A stretch of 64,000 bases of DNA from Gammaproteobacteria bacterium (lineage in GTDB: Bacteria; Pseudomonadota; Gammaproteobacteria; Porifericomitales; Porifericomitaceae): the NCBI GenBank assembly GCA_014238615.1, contig JABAAT010000024.1, positions 104,234 to 168,233 on the forward strand. Reading direction: 5' to 3'. The position numbers and the translations under genes are program-made. Numbering within the stretch: the first letter of the stretch is position 1; each line of letters starts with the position of its first letter. Below, piece after piece: positions 21,401 to 30,309 of the stretch. Under the pieces are notes generated by a model. That model was not told the origin of the DNA. It ran no database searches and was given only the letters and a program-made list of their open reading frames with translations.

Positions 21401-21915
21401 AACTTCGCCTGGGGGTAGCTTGCGGGCAACCTCGCCGATCTGAACACAACGGCCAGCACCGCCAGGCGCACGCTGCCCTTGCCGCCGACATCCGCCCCCA
21501 GCGTCCCGGCCGCCGCATGCAGGCCGCTGCCGCTACTGCCGAGGGTGGAGAGTTCCAGGAGCAGTTCTTTGATCTCCCCCGACACTCCGGCCAGGGAGCG
21601 GGCCTTCGCGCCGTCTTCCGGGAATTGATAGTCCTCCCACAGGAAGCGCAACACCTTGGCCAGGTGAGATTTACCGCTGCCGTAGGGGCCGCTGACCCAG
21701 ACCGCGGGCTGTTGCGGCTTGTCGCAGTGCTCAAGATAGGATTGCAGGATGCGGATCAGCCCCTCCTGGTATCCCCCGTCACAGACAAAACGCTCCAGCT
21801 CAAAGCGCAGAACCGCGCGGTTACCCGAGGTCATGGCATCGCTCAGCTCGGCGACCCCGTCGTTCAGAAGCTTGTTATCCCAAGGAGCTTTTTCGTAGAT
21901 TTCCTTGTTTTTCAT
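18460..21915 (-). CDS. brxC: BREX system P-loop ATPase BrxC-like protein (orphan)
   Basis: About 1150 aa; N-terminal LLNDGVA..LRFELE.FVCDG.Y..GL.RIL, Walker A WVSGPYGSGKSH, Walker B ILLDEVQ, YPLLPVRRRFW, LRTQLR, PPYGWPRD; GGAG upstream of ATG 21915. Confidence 0.85.
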   Translation of the reverse strand: MKNKEIYEKAPWDNKLLNDGVAELSDAMTSGNRAVLRFELERFVCDGGYQEGLIRILQSYLEHCDKPQQPAVWVSGPYGSGKSHLAKVLRFLWEDYQFPEDGAKARSLAGVSGEIKELLLELSTLGSSGSGLHAAAGTLGADVGGKGSVRLAVLAVVFRSARLPASYPQAKFTLWLRRNKLYTPMVAALHEEKRNFEQELRDMYVSPYVSKTLLKINPNFAKDAKDVGVLLRAQYKDVDDINTDEFVATIREVLTERSAIPCTAILLDEVQPYLGEDSSRTQDFQEVVEACGKRFGGKLLLLGIGQSALQAASALQPLQGLFTVNVQLSDNDVEQVVRKVVLAKKENCISSLREILEWNSGEAHRQLSHTRLKTAAEDEEALIQDYPLLPVRRRFWVEILRSLHHTGGTDRLRTQLRIIYEAARATAEDPLGTVVPTDFLYGQIASNLLQSGQLPREVHDRITALGDGTPGGDLRAGICSLVFLIGRLPRGKEADLGVRATTESLTDLLVKDLERDRDKLRQELPEALEKLVQEGILVKLEGDEYALQTREGSEWEKEFRKRRKAFMEDQARLSVTRTEVLQEETKEYVESISLMQGEYKTPRKLTWHIGHEAPRGDSTAIPVWIRDGWNTGEKEVEQTARAAGTESPLLYAFIPREHSDDLSVAIAGEEAARETLADKGSPVSSEDEEVRRVLATRVRDAEQERKRLVQKLMREVRIFQGGGEEIQEASTIKKLIQGARNAQERLFHEFHHVDDKRWRQVLDLTQAGSDAPLGPLGYRGPVEQHPVCAMVLEQVGPGRKGGQIREHFAAPPYGWPRDVIDSVIMSLCDAGRLHASLDGKPLRADVMVQGKIHAAEFHGESPTIGAPQLTELRELFQEAGISCQPGEEADAADKYLNEVTALAERIGGDPPFPKPPDTSHLKDMQGRPGEGRLQAIHARRKQLQKEIQEWREQAELQQKRTRQYRQLLELLIHAKGLPIARELSQQLGSIRQNRNLLQSENPMDIMEQKLATELRNILIAAEQGYAAAYEQEKGRLQEATSWRKLEEEEQYKILVAAGLDQEIDKGPIGTTEELRQSLEQVSLETWSRNKAAFPQLFREAFLQAVRQTEPEAQQAELQGAALRTPEDVEQWTRKSKQRLLELIKKGPVIAP

Positions 21916-22017
21916 AAGCTCTATAACTCCGTTGCTTGAAGTGATAGGAACGGCGTGGTAGCCCCAGCCGTCCCGGGCACCCAACAGGCGATGGTTATTA
22001 TCTTCATATTCGCCGGG
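21916..22017 (-). pseudogene. C-terminal remnant of brxB (DUF1788 family), in frame with brxC
   Basis: PGEYEDNNHRLLGARDGWGYHAVPIT resembles the recalled BrxB C-terminus (FPGEYENNNYRLLDARDGWNYLAVPIT). The resemblance stops upstream of 22017. Confidence 0.65.
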
Positions 22018-22385
22018 CGGCTTCAAAATCCCCCGTGGACAGCGTGGAGAACTCCATAACCCTGATCATATAGTAACCCGCCGGGTATTCCAGAATGTGG
22101 GCCGGCACCACGCGGGCCGGGCAACGGCCCAAGGCACCGGGAATGGAGGGGCTCCCCCCACGGCAGGCGTTTTGCGCCGCCACACGGCACTCGGCGGGAT
22201 ACCGGCCATTCCGGACCTTCCACGCACCCGGCAAGGGAAAATAACTCTTCTGAGCGGCGCCTGCGGCCTGGCTGCCCCTGCCTGGGCCAACTGCTTTCCC
22301 GCACCTCCTCCGAGGGACGCCGGGATCTCCGCCCGCCGCCAGGCCACGGCGGGAACACACCCGTGCCGTCTTACAACTGTTTACA

Positions 22386-22414
22386 TTGACAGGGAAGCTG
22401 ATAGTTACTACTCT
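22386..22414 (+). promoter_or_regulatory. sigma70-like promoter of the DUF2235 gene
   Basis: TTGACA-N17-TACTCT; strong SD GGAGGT before ATG 22515. Confidence 0.6.
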
Positions 22415-22514
22415 CACAATAATCCGTGCGTTGGCCAGGCTACCGGCCTGGAACGCTTTCCAAGCTTTTCAGGACTGCAGGCGCCGCACTCACAATCCAT
22501 AGGGAGGTGATGCC

Positions 22515-23510
22515 ATGGAATCATCTAATGACACGCAACCACGTAATATCGTGATCTGTTGTGACGGCACGGGAAACGAATATGGGGAAAACAACACAAA
22601 CGTTGTACTGCTGCACTCGCTGCTTGAAAAAGACTCCAGGCAGTTGGCTTTTTATGACCCGGGCGTGGGTACCGGGGGGTGGGAATATGAACATGGAAAG
22701 ATAACGAAAAAATGCGACCTGGCAACCGGCGGCGGTCTGCAGAAGAATGTGGAAGACGCCTATCGCTACCTGATGCATCCCTATCGGGAAGGGGACAAAG
22801 TCTATCTCTTCGGCTTCTCGCGCGGGGCTTTCACGGCCCGCTCCCTGGCGGGCATGTTGCATAAAGTGGGATTACTGACGCCTGGCAGGGAGAATATGGT
22901 GAAGTATGCCAGTAAGATGTATAACACCAAAAACAACAAGGAACTGTCTGCCGACTTCAAGAAGGACTTCTCGCGTTCCTGTCCGGTGTATTTCATCGGC
23001 GTCTGGGATACAGTGAGATCGCTGTATCTGAACGCCGGAAAGCGCTTCCATGATGACACCCTGAACCCCGATGTGAAGTACGGCTGTCATGCTTTAGCCA
23101 TTGACGAAAAGCGTAAAGACTTCCCTCCCTCCCTGTGGGATGAATCATCCAGGACCCCCGAACAAACCATTGAGCAAGTATGGTTTCCGGGGGTGCATTC
23201 GGATGTAGGCGGCTGGTACGATGCGCGCGGACTCTCCAACGGGGCACTGCACTGGATGGCGAAAAAGGCGAAACGCCGCGGGTTGCGGTTGTCCCTGGAT
23301 CTGAAGGAACTTAAGCGCGATTATTCCCCGGATGCGCATGACGAACTGCATGATTCTTATGAGGGAATTTATCGTTTACGTGGAACAAGCGTACGCAAAA
23401 TCCCGGAGGGGGCGAAACTGCACCGCAGTGTGGAGGAACGGATGTCCCGGGAGGAAAACGACTACCGGCCTAAGAACCTGCCGGAGAACCGCTCTTGGGT
23501 GAATGACTGA
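22515..23510 (+). CDS. DUF2235 (Tle1-like phospholipase, alpha/beta hydrolase) domain protein
   Basis: RNIVICCDGTGN, YDPGVGT, GFSRGAFTARSLAG, GVWDTV, HALAIDEKR, QVWFPGVHSDVGG; visibly more AT-rich than the flanks. Confidence 0.92.
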   Translation: MESSNDTQPRNIVICCDGTGNEYGENNTNVVLLHSLLEKDSRQLAFYDPGVGTGGWEYEHGKITKKCDLATGGGLQKNVEDAYRYLMHPYREGDKVYLFGFSRGAFTARSLAGMLHKVGLLTPGRENMVKYASKMYNTKNNKELSADFKKDFSRSCPVYFIGVWDTVRSLYLNAGKRFHDDTLNPDVKYGCHALAIDEKRKDFPPSLWDESSRTPEQTIEQVWFPGVHSDVGGWYDARGLSNGALHWMAKKAKRRGLRLSLDLKELKRDYSPDAHDELHDSYEGIYRLRGTSVRKIPEGAKLHRSVEERMSREENDYRPKNLPENRSWVND

Positions 23511-26500
23511 CCGGGGGCTCCGGGCGGCGGGGTTGCGCTGTACGGTTCCTGGTTTTGTTGGGGACACCGCAGCCGCCGCCTCCCGGGGTGTCTATGATGA
23601 GGTGATCTCCGGGTTGCAGCTGGAGGCTCTGGCAGGGCTGCAGTTCCTCCACGTGGTTGCTTCCACTTCTTTTGAGGCGGTTGCGGCCCGGTTGACCGGG
23701 GGCACCTCCTTTTAGTCCCTGTGGTTGCCTTCTGCGGTTGGAGGTAATCAGGGATACGGTCACGGGCTGCTGGAAACTGAGCTCCCTGGTGAGGCCTTCT
23801 CCTCCCTTCCAGCGTCCCGCTCCCCCGGAGTTTTCCCTGGCCTGAAAGCGCTCCACCCGGATGGGGTACCTGGCTTCCAGTATCTCGGGGTCGGTGATGC
23901 GGGAATTGGTCATGTGGGTGTGCACCGGGCCGGCGCCCGGGAAGTCCAGTCCGGCGCCCGCTCCTCCCGCCAGGGTCTCGTAGTACTGGAATTCCTCGTT
24001 GCCGCAGCAGAGGTTGTTCATGGTGCCCTGGGAGTCGGCCAGGACGCCCAGCGCGGCAAAAATGCAGTTCACGACGGCCTGGCTGGTCTCCACGTTGCCG
24101 GCGGCGACGGCCGCAGGATACTCTGGGTGCAACAAGGAAGGCCTGGGGATGATCAGGGTCAGGGGTCTCAGGCAGCCCTGGTTCAGGGGGATGGGGTCGG
24201 ATACGAGGCAGCGCAGGGCGTAGAGTACGGCCGCCTCGGTGACAGCGCGCGGAGCATTGAAGTTGCCGGGGTGAATGGGGCTGGTGCCGGTGAAGTCAAA
24301 GCTTGCGGTGCCGTTTGCCGGGTCTGTTTCAATGCGCAGGTGGATCAGGGCGCCGTCGTCCAGGCGGCGCTCGGCCTGTCCCGAGCGGGCGGCGCGCAGG
24401 GCCTCCCTGACGCAGTGCGCGGCGTTGTCCCTCAGGTATTCCGTGTAGGCCAGCACGGTGTTTTCCCCGTGTTGCCGAAGCATGCGTCTCAACTCCTCCT
24501 GCCCGGCACGACAGGCCGCCCACTGGGCGCGCAGGTCGGCGAGGTTGTCCTGCGGGGTGCGGGCCGGGTGCGGGCCGGCCTGCAGCAGCCGAAGCAACTC
24601 CCGCTCGCGCGGGCGCTGCTCCTCTCCGCAGTAGAGGAAATCCCTGATCAGGACGCCCTCCTCTTCGATGTGCCTGGAGTCGGGCGGCATGGATCCCGGG
24701 ACCGCGCCGCCGATGTCGGCGTGGTGGCCGCGCGCGCCCAAAAAGAAGCACAGCGTGCCGTGCTCGTTAAAGAGCGGCTGGATCAGGGTCACATCCGGGA
24801 GATGCGTGCCGCCGGCGTAGGGGTCGTTCGAGACCCAGGCCTGGCCGGGGCGCAGTCTGCTCGCCTGGCGTTGCTTCAGAACGCGCACCGCAACACCCAT
24901 GCTGCCAAGGTGCACGGGGACATGCGGGGCATTCGCCACGAGTCGACCTTCGGCGTCAAACAGGGCACAGGAAAAATCCAGCCGCTCCTTGATGTTGACG
25001 CTGGTGGCGGTGCGCTGCAGCACCGCCCCCATCTGCTCCGCCACCGCCATGAAACGGTTGTTGAAAACCTCCAGGCGCGCCGGGTTCGGGCCCTTGCTCC
25101 TGGCACCCGCCTTGCGGCGGCGGCCTCGACTCCGCTCCAACAGCAGCATGCCATCGCTCTCGTTTCCCTCTTTCAACCGCGCGCGCCAGCCCGGCTCAAT
25201 CACCACCGTGGTGTGCGCTTCCAGGATCAGGCCCGGGCCGGAGCGCGGCGGCTTCCCGCGCAGCGCTTCGCGCGATGCTATCCAGCTCTCACGCCAGCGG
25301 CCGCCGGCCAGGAACCGGGTTTCAGAACGTGCCGCGGCGTCCGGCTCCTCCACGCTGCTTTGCGGCATGGCGCGCAGGGCGCCGGGGGGCGGCGCGGCGG
25401 CCTCAGCCTGCAGGAGCTCCAACACCAGGGGGCGGTCCGAATGCAGGTATCCGTAAGTCCGCCGATGGCGCTCTTCAAAGTCGGCCCGCATCGTCAAGGC
25501 CGTGGCGTAAGGCACCCGCAGCAGGGTATCGCTGCCTTGGTAGCGCAGGGCGGCGCGGTACTCCACGGTGCAGTGCGCCGCTTGTGCTCCCTGGGCGCGC
25601 AGTTCGCCGAGCGCCGCCTCACCCAGTTCCAGGTGCAGCTCTTCCCAGTGCGCCTCCGATGTTTGCTCCAATCGTTGTTCCACGCCGCGTTCACGCACCA
25701 CGCGCAGGCTGGCCAGTCCAGTACCCCAGGCGGACAACACCCCGGCCAGGGGCGGCAGCAGCACCTTGGACATGCCAAGGCGTTCGGCCACCCGGCAGGC
25801 GTGCTGCGCGCCGGCGCCGCCGAAGCAGAGCATGCTGTGCCCGGCGGGGTCGTCACCGTGCCGCGCGCAGAGCCGCTTGATGGCGCGCGCCATGTTGTCG
25901 GTGGCGATCTCCAGGAACATGTCAGCCAGGGTCTCGGCCCGGTATCCTCCACCCACCTGTTCGGCGAGTCGGGCGAGATGCTCGCGCGCGGCGTCGGCGG
26001 AGGGCGGCTGCGCGCCGTCCGCGCCGAACACGGCCGGGAAAGAGTCGGGCAGCAGTCTGCCGGTGCAGAAATTTGCATCGGTGACGGTCAGCGGGCCGCC
26101 GCGCCGGTAGCTGACCGGTCCCGGGTCGGAACCGGCGCTGTGCGGACCCACCTGCAGGCGCCCGCCGGCGTAACGCAGGATGGAGCCGCCGCCGGCCGCC
26201 ACCGAGTGGATCTCCAGCATCGGGGCGCGCAGTAGATAACCGGCGACGCGGCTTTCCATGGCGCGCTCCAGTTCACCGGCCCAGTGCCAAACGTCGGTGG
26301 AAGTGCCGCCCATGTCAAAGCCGATGAGCCGGGTGTGCCCGGCGCGGCGCCCACATTCGCTGCCGCCCACCACGCCCCCGGCCGGCCCGGAATAGACGCT
26401 GTCGCGCCCCCGGAAATGACCGGACGCGGCCAGACCGCCGTTTGACTGCATGAAAAACAGGCGCGGGCCGCCCTTCTGTTCCGCACCCAAAGCCTGCGCC

Positions 26501-27174
26501 AGGCCCCCGAGGCGGCGGCGCAGCACCGGCCCAAGGTAGGCATCCACCAGGGTCGTGGCGGCACGGCTTACCAGGCGCGGCAACGGCTCCGTCTCGCTGC
26601 TCAGCGAGACCTGTGGGAAACCCAGTTCCCGCGCCAGTTCGCCCAGGCGCTGCTCATGCGCGGGATAACGGTGTCCATGCAGCAACACCACGGCCAGGGC
26701 CTCCACCCCCTGCTCCCGCGCCGCCGCCAAGTGCGCACGCGCCAGCTGCTCGTCCAAGGGGCGCAACACCAGGCCCTTGGCCGAGACCCGCTCCTCCACC
26801 TCGATAACCTGCTCATACAGCGCCTCGGGCAAACGAATGCAAAGATTGAAGAGCTCCGGACGATCCTGGTAGCCGATACGCAGCACATCCCCGAAGCCGC
26901 GCGTGGTGAGTAACGCGGTGCGGGCGCCGCGCCGCTGCAGGAGCGCGTTGGTGCCCAGTGTGGTACCCAGGTGCAGCGCAGCAATCACCCCCGGCGCCGG
27001 CACCGCGCCGGCTGGCAGACCCAGCAAGCGCCGCACGCCTTCCAGCACCGCGTCCGGATAGCGATCCGGCGCCTCGGAGAGCAGCTTGAGCACATGCGTG
27101 CGTCCATCCGGAGAGACCGCCACCACGTCGCTGAAGGTGCCGCCCCGATCGATCCAGAAATGCCAACCGTTCAT
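23470..27174 (-). CDS. 5-oxoprolinase (fused hydantoinase A/B family)
   Basis: [59 protein letters not shown]. Confidence 0.94.
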   Translation of the reverse strand: MNGWHFWIDRGGTFSDVVAVSPDGRTHVLKLLSEAPDRYPDAVLEGVRRLLGLPAGAVPAPGVIAALHLGTTLGTNALLQRRGARTALLTTRGFGDVLRIGYQDRPELFNLCIRLPEALYEQVIEVEERVSAKGLVLRPLDEQLARAHLAAAREQGVEALAVVLLHGHRYPAHEQRLGELARELGFPQVSLSSETEPLPRLVSRAATTLVDAYLGPVLRRRLGGLAQALGAEQKGGPRLFFMQSNGGLAASGHFRGRDSVYSGPAGGVVGGSECGRRAGHTRLIGFDMGGTSTDVWHWAGELERAMESRVAGYLLRAPMLEIHSVAAGGGSILRYAGGRLQVGPHSAGSDPGPVSYRRGGPLTVTDANFCTGRLLPDSFPAVFGADGAQPPSADAAREHLARLAEQVGGGYRAETLADMFLEIATDNMARAIKRLCARHGDDPAGHSMLCFGGAGAQHACRVAERLGMSKVLLPPLAGVLSAWGTGLASLRVVRERGVEQRLEQTSEAHWEELHLELGEAALGELRAQGAQAAHCTVEYRAALRYQGSDTLLRVPYATALTMRADFEERHRRTYGYLHSDRPLVLELLQAEAAAPPPGALRAMPQSSVEEPDAAARSETRFLAGGRWRESWIASREALRGKPPRSGPGLILEAHTTVVIEPGWRARLKEGNESDGMLLLERSRGRRRKAGARSKGPNPARLEVFNNRFMAVAEQMGAVLQRTATSVNIKERLDFSCALFDAEGRLVANAPHVPVHLGSMGVAVRVLKQRQASRLRPGQAWVSNDPYAGGTHLPDVTLIQPLFNEHGTLCFFLGARGHHADIGGAVPGSMPPDSRHIEEEGVLIRDFLYCGEEQRPRERELLRLLQAGPHPARTPQDNLADLRAQWAACRAGQEELRRMLRQHGENTVLAYTEYLRDNAAHCVREALRAARSGQAERRLDDGALIHLRIETDPANGTASFDFTGTSPIHPGNFNAPRAVTEAAVLYALRCLVSDPIPLNQGCLRPLTLIIPRPSLLHPEYPAAVAAGNVETSQAVVNCIFAALGVLADSQGTMNNLCCGNEEFQYYETLAGGAGAGLDFPGAGPVHTHMTNSRITDPEILEARYPIRVERFQARENSGGAGRWKGGEGLTRELSFQQPVTVSLITSNRRRQPQGLKGGAPGQPGRNRLKRSGSNHVEELQPCQSLQLQPGDHLIIDTPGGGGCGVPNKTRNRTAQPRRPEPPVSHSPKSGSPAGS

Positions 27175-27638
27175 GCCGCGGGACTTCCGGGGCACCGCCC
27201 CCCGCGGGCGACAACGCGAGGCGGGAATTTTGCAGCGGGGCGACCGGCGCCGTGTTCATCACGCATGCACAGATTATATGCCTCACCCGGGCGCGCTTCA
27301 CCCGGCGCCCCCCATCAGCGCGCACGATCGGCGCGCGTGACACGCACGGCACCGCACAAGCAACACGGCGGCCGGGTCGCGAAAAAATACGCAACTTTGC
27401 GCTATGATCGAATGCATCATACCGGCTTGCATAAGGCCGCAGCCTTACCTCAAGCTGTGTCGACATGCTGGAAGAACCTGGTGCACGAAGGAAGCCGGAA
27501 GCTTCGATCCACGGCGCCACCTCATGCACTCGCGGCGCGCTGCGGCCGCCCGCGCAGGGAAGCACTCTCACCCGACATCACGGGAAGTCCGCCTGCCGCC
27601 CCCTCCCGGCTGGAATCCCCACGAATGAAACACCATTA

Positions 27639-28307
27639 ATGGAAATGATTGCACTTGAACCGCCCGACCCGGCGCGCGGCACGGTGCTGCTGTTGCACGG
27701 ACTGGGGGCTTCCGGAGGGGATCTACTCCCCCTGGCCGAGGAGTTGCAACAGCAACACACCCGGGAACTGCGTTTCTTATTGCCGGAAGCGCCGTCCCGC
27801 GCCGTCAGTCTGAACGGCGGTCTGACGATGCCGGCCTGGTTCGATATCTTCGGCCTCGGCCTGGAGAGCCGGGAAGACAATGTCGGGATCCGGGAGGCCG
27901 CGCGGCGCCTGCACGGCCTGCTGGAAGCCGAGGAAAAGCGCGGGACGCCGGCCGCGCGCATCGTACTGGCGGGCTTCTCCCAGGGCGGCGCGCTGGCTCT
28001 CTACACCGGGTTGCGCACGGCTTCTTCGCTGGCCGGCATCGCCGTACTCTCCGGGTACCTGCCGCTGGCCGCCGACCTGCCCGGGGAATTGACCGACGCG
28101 GGCAGGAAAAGCCCCATCCTCATGCAACATGGAATCTTTGACGAGGTGGTGGCGCCGATCCTGGCGGAGCGTTCCCGCGATCTGCTGAAGCAGGCGGGCT
28201 GCCCGCCCCTATGGCAAAGCTACGAGATGCCGCACGCCATCTGCCCCGAACAGGTGGATGCGCTGGGCACCTGGCTGCGCGAGCGTTACACCGCGCCGGA
28301 TGGGTGA
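27639..28307 (+). CDS. Phospholipase/carboxylesterase (alpha/beta hydrolase)
   Basis: LHGLGA, NGG..MPAWFDI, AGFSQGG, LSGY, HG..D.VV, MPH. Confidence 0.9.
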   Translation: MEMIALEPPDPARGTVLLLHGLGASGGDLLPLAEELQQQHTRELRFLLPEAPSRAVSLNGGLTMPAWFDIFGLGLESREDNVGIREAARRLHGLLEAEEKRGTPAARIVLAGFSQGGALALYTGLRTASSLAGIAVLSGYLPLAADLPGELTDAGRKSPILMQHGIFDEVVAPILAERSRDLLKQAGCPPLWQSYEMPHAICPEQVDALGTWLRERYTAPDG

Positions 28308-28400
28308 GTCCCTGTCCAGGAAACGCGCGTGCCGAACATTGAATTGAGAATTGAGCAGGGCTGGAAGCCCTCCCGGAAAGCGCTCGGCCCCCAGGCGACC

Positions 28401-29732
28401 TCAGCGGGCGCGGCGCCGAGGTCCACGGTTACCCGGCCGCCGGGACGAGGGTCTGTGAGGGCGGGAGCGGCGGCGGAACGGCGGTGGTGTGATCATCAGC
28501 TCCGGGTCCGTGCTCTCCACCGGAATCTTGTAATCGATCAGACTCTCGATCTCTGGCAGCGAATAGACAAACTCCTCACAGGCCAGGCTCACGGCCGCGC
28601 CCCGTGCCCCGGCGCGGGCGGTGCGGCCAATGCGGTGTATATACTGCTCGGCGCTCAGCGGCAGGTCGTAGTTGAAGACATGGCTGATGCCGGGGATATG
28701 CAAACCGCGCGCGGCCACATCGGTGCTGACAAGAATCTTCAGGGACCCCCCCATAAAGTCCTCCAGCAGCCGCAGTCGGCGGCGCTGGGGCACATCGCCC
28801 GAGAGCACTCCGGCGCTGAAGCCGGCGTCCTCCAGCATATTGCCGATGCGCTCCGCCCCGTGGCGGGTATTGACAAAAGCGAGGCTGCGTTCGGGCTGCA
28901 GTTTGCGCAGCAGGCCGATCAGCAGGGCCGGTTTTTCTTCATTCGATACGTGGTACAGGGATTGGTGCACCTCCTCCACCGTGATCTGCCCGGGGTTCAC
29001 GCGCAGCAACTCCGGGTCATTCATGTGTTCGTATGCCAGTTCCACGGCCTTCCAGGGCAGGGTGGCCGAAAACAACATTCCCAAACGCTGCTCAGGCGGC
29101 GACATGCGCCGCAACAGGTAACGCACGTCTCGAATGAAGCCCAGGTCAAACATGCGGTCGGCTTCATCCAGCACCAGGGCCTCCGCCCGCGTCAAGCGAT
29201 ACAGGTTGCGGCGATGAAAATCAATCAGTCGGCCGGGGGTGCCGATCAATACGTCCAGATCGGCCGTGAACTGCTGTTGTTGTCGTTCGTAATCCATGCC
29301 GCCGTATACCAGGCCAAGGTTCAGCCCCGTATGGCGGCCCAGGGCCACCGCGTCGTTTTTGATCTGCACCGCCAGTTCCCGGGTCGGCGCGATGATCAGG
29401 GCGCGCGGCAGGCATTGTCCGGAGCGCCGTGACACCTCGGTCTGCAACAGGCGCTGCATCAGTGCGAGCAGGTAAGCCGCTGTTTTACCGGTGCCGGTCT
29501 GGGCCTGGCCGGCCACATCCCGGCCCTGCATGGCAATCGGCAAAGTCAGGGCTTGAATTGGTGTACAATGCGAGAATCCCAGATCCCGTAGCGCGCGCTG
29601 CAACGCAGCATGCAACTCCAAGGTATGGAAAGCCGGAGTGTCCGGAGGGGAATTGGACGGGGGAGGATTGGACGCGCTTTCTGGATCGGTTATACTTCCC
29701 CCTTCAGTTGGCTCCCGCCTCAAGTTATTCAA
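28401..29732 (-). CDS. rhlB: DEAD-box RNA helicase RhlB
   Basis: AQTGTGKT, PTRELA, DEADRMFDLGF, SAT, TDVAARGLHI, HRIGRTARAG; divergent from trxA-rho. Confidence 0.93.
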   Translation of the reverse strand: MNNLRREPTEGGSITDPESASNPPPSNSPPDTPAFHTLELHAALQRALRDLGFSHCTPIQALTLPIAMQGRDVAGQAQTGTGKTAAYLLALMQRLLQTEVSRRSGQCLPRALIIAPTRELAVQIKNDAVALGRHTGLNLGLVYGGMDYERQQQQFTADLDVLIGTPGRLIDFHRRNLYRLTRAEALVLDEADRMFDLGFIRDVRYLLRRMSPPEQRLGMLFSATLPWKAVELAYEHMNDPELLRVNPGQITVEEVHQSLYHVSNEEKPALLIGLLRKLQPERSLAFVNTRHGAERIGNMLEDAGFSAGVLSGDVPQRRRLRLLEDFMGGSLKILVSTDVAARGLHIPGISHVFNYDLPLSAEQYIHRIGRTARAGARGAAVSLACEEFVYSLPEIESLIDYKIPVESTDPELMITPPPFRRRSRPHRPSSRRPGNRGPRRRAR

Positions 29733-29777
29733 AGAATTCTCTACCTCATGTATTTCTTAAATGTTAATTGACTATTG

Positions 29778-30104
29778 ATGAGCAGCACTATCCTTCACGT
29801 CAGCACCCAGGACTTTCAAGAGAAAGTTCTGAGCGCCGGCCAACCGGTACTGGTGGATTTCTGGGCTGACTGGTGCCAGCCCTGCAAAGCGCTGGCTCCC
29901 CTGCTGGAAGAGGTTGCAGGCGAGTACGCCGGACGCTTGACCATCGCCAAACTGGACGTAGATAACAACCACGAGATTACCACAAAATATGGTGTCCGTG
30001 GGTTCCCGACCCTGTTGCTTTTCAAAGACGGCGACATTATCGCATCCCATGTCGGTTTATTGAGTAAATCGGCCCTGAACGCATTCATCGACAGCAACGT
30101 GTAA
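29778..30104 (+). CDS. trxA: Thioredoxin
   Basis: VLVDFWADWCQPCK, YGVRGFPTL; lies between rhlB and rho. Confidence 0.93.
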   Translation: MSSTILHVSTQDFQEKVLSAGQPVLVDFWADWCQPCKALAPLLEEVAGEYAGRLTIAKLDVDNNHEITTKYGVRGFPTLLLFKDGDIIASHVGLLSKSALNAFIDSNV

Positions 30105-30309
30105 CGGGGTGCCTTAGGCGCCCCCTCCATCGGCCGGGGAGCTTTTTGTAGACATCCCAGCCCTCCCTATCGCTTCAGGCAAGTCTTTCACCCGCCCGGC
30201 GCTTTCTCCGGACACCCCCGGCAGCACAGCCGTTCCTCTCTGGTTTCTGGCATGTTTCTGACATGAAACCCTGAGAAACCCATTCAGGAGTCCCCTCCCA
30301 AACTGCATC

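Noticed and set aside
23725..26235. 836-aa plus-strand ORF and similar long ORFs (19342-20814, 35054-36601, 43010-44419, 44512-45864)
   Set aside because: Antisense shadows of real genes, typical of high-GC DNA, with no motifs
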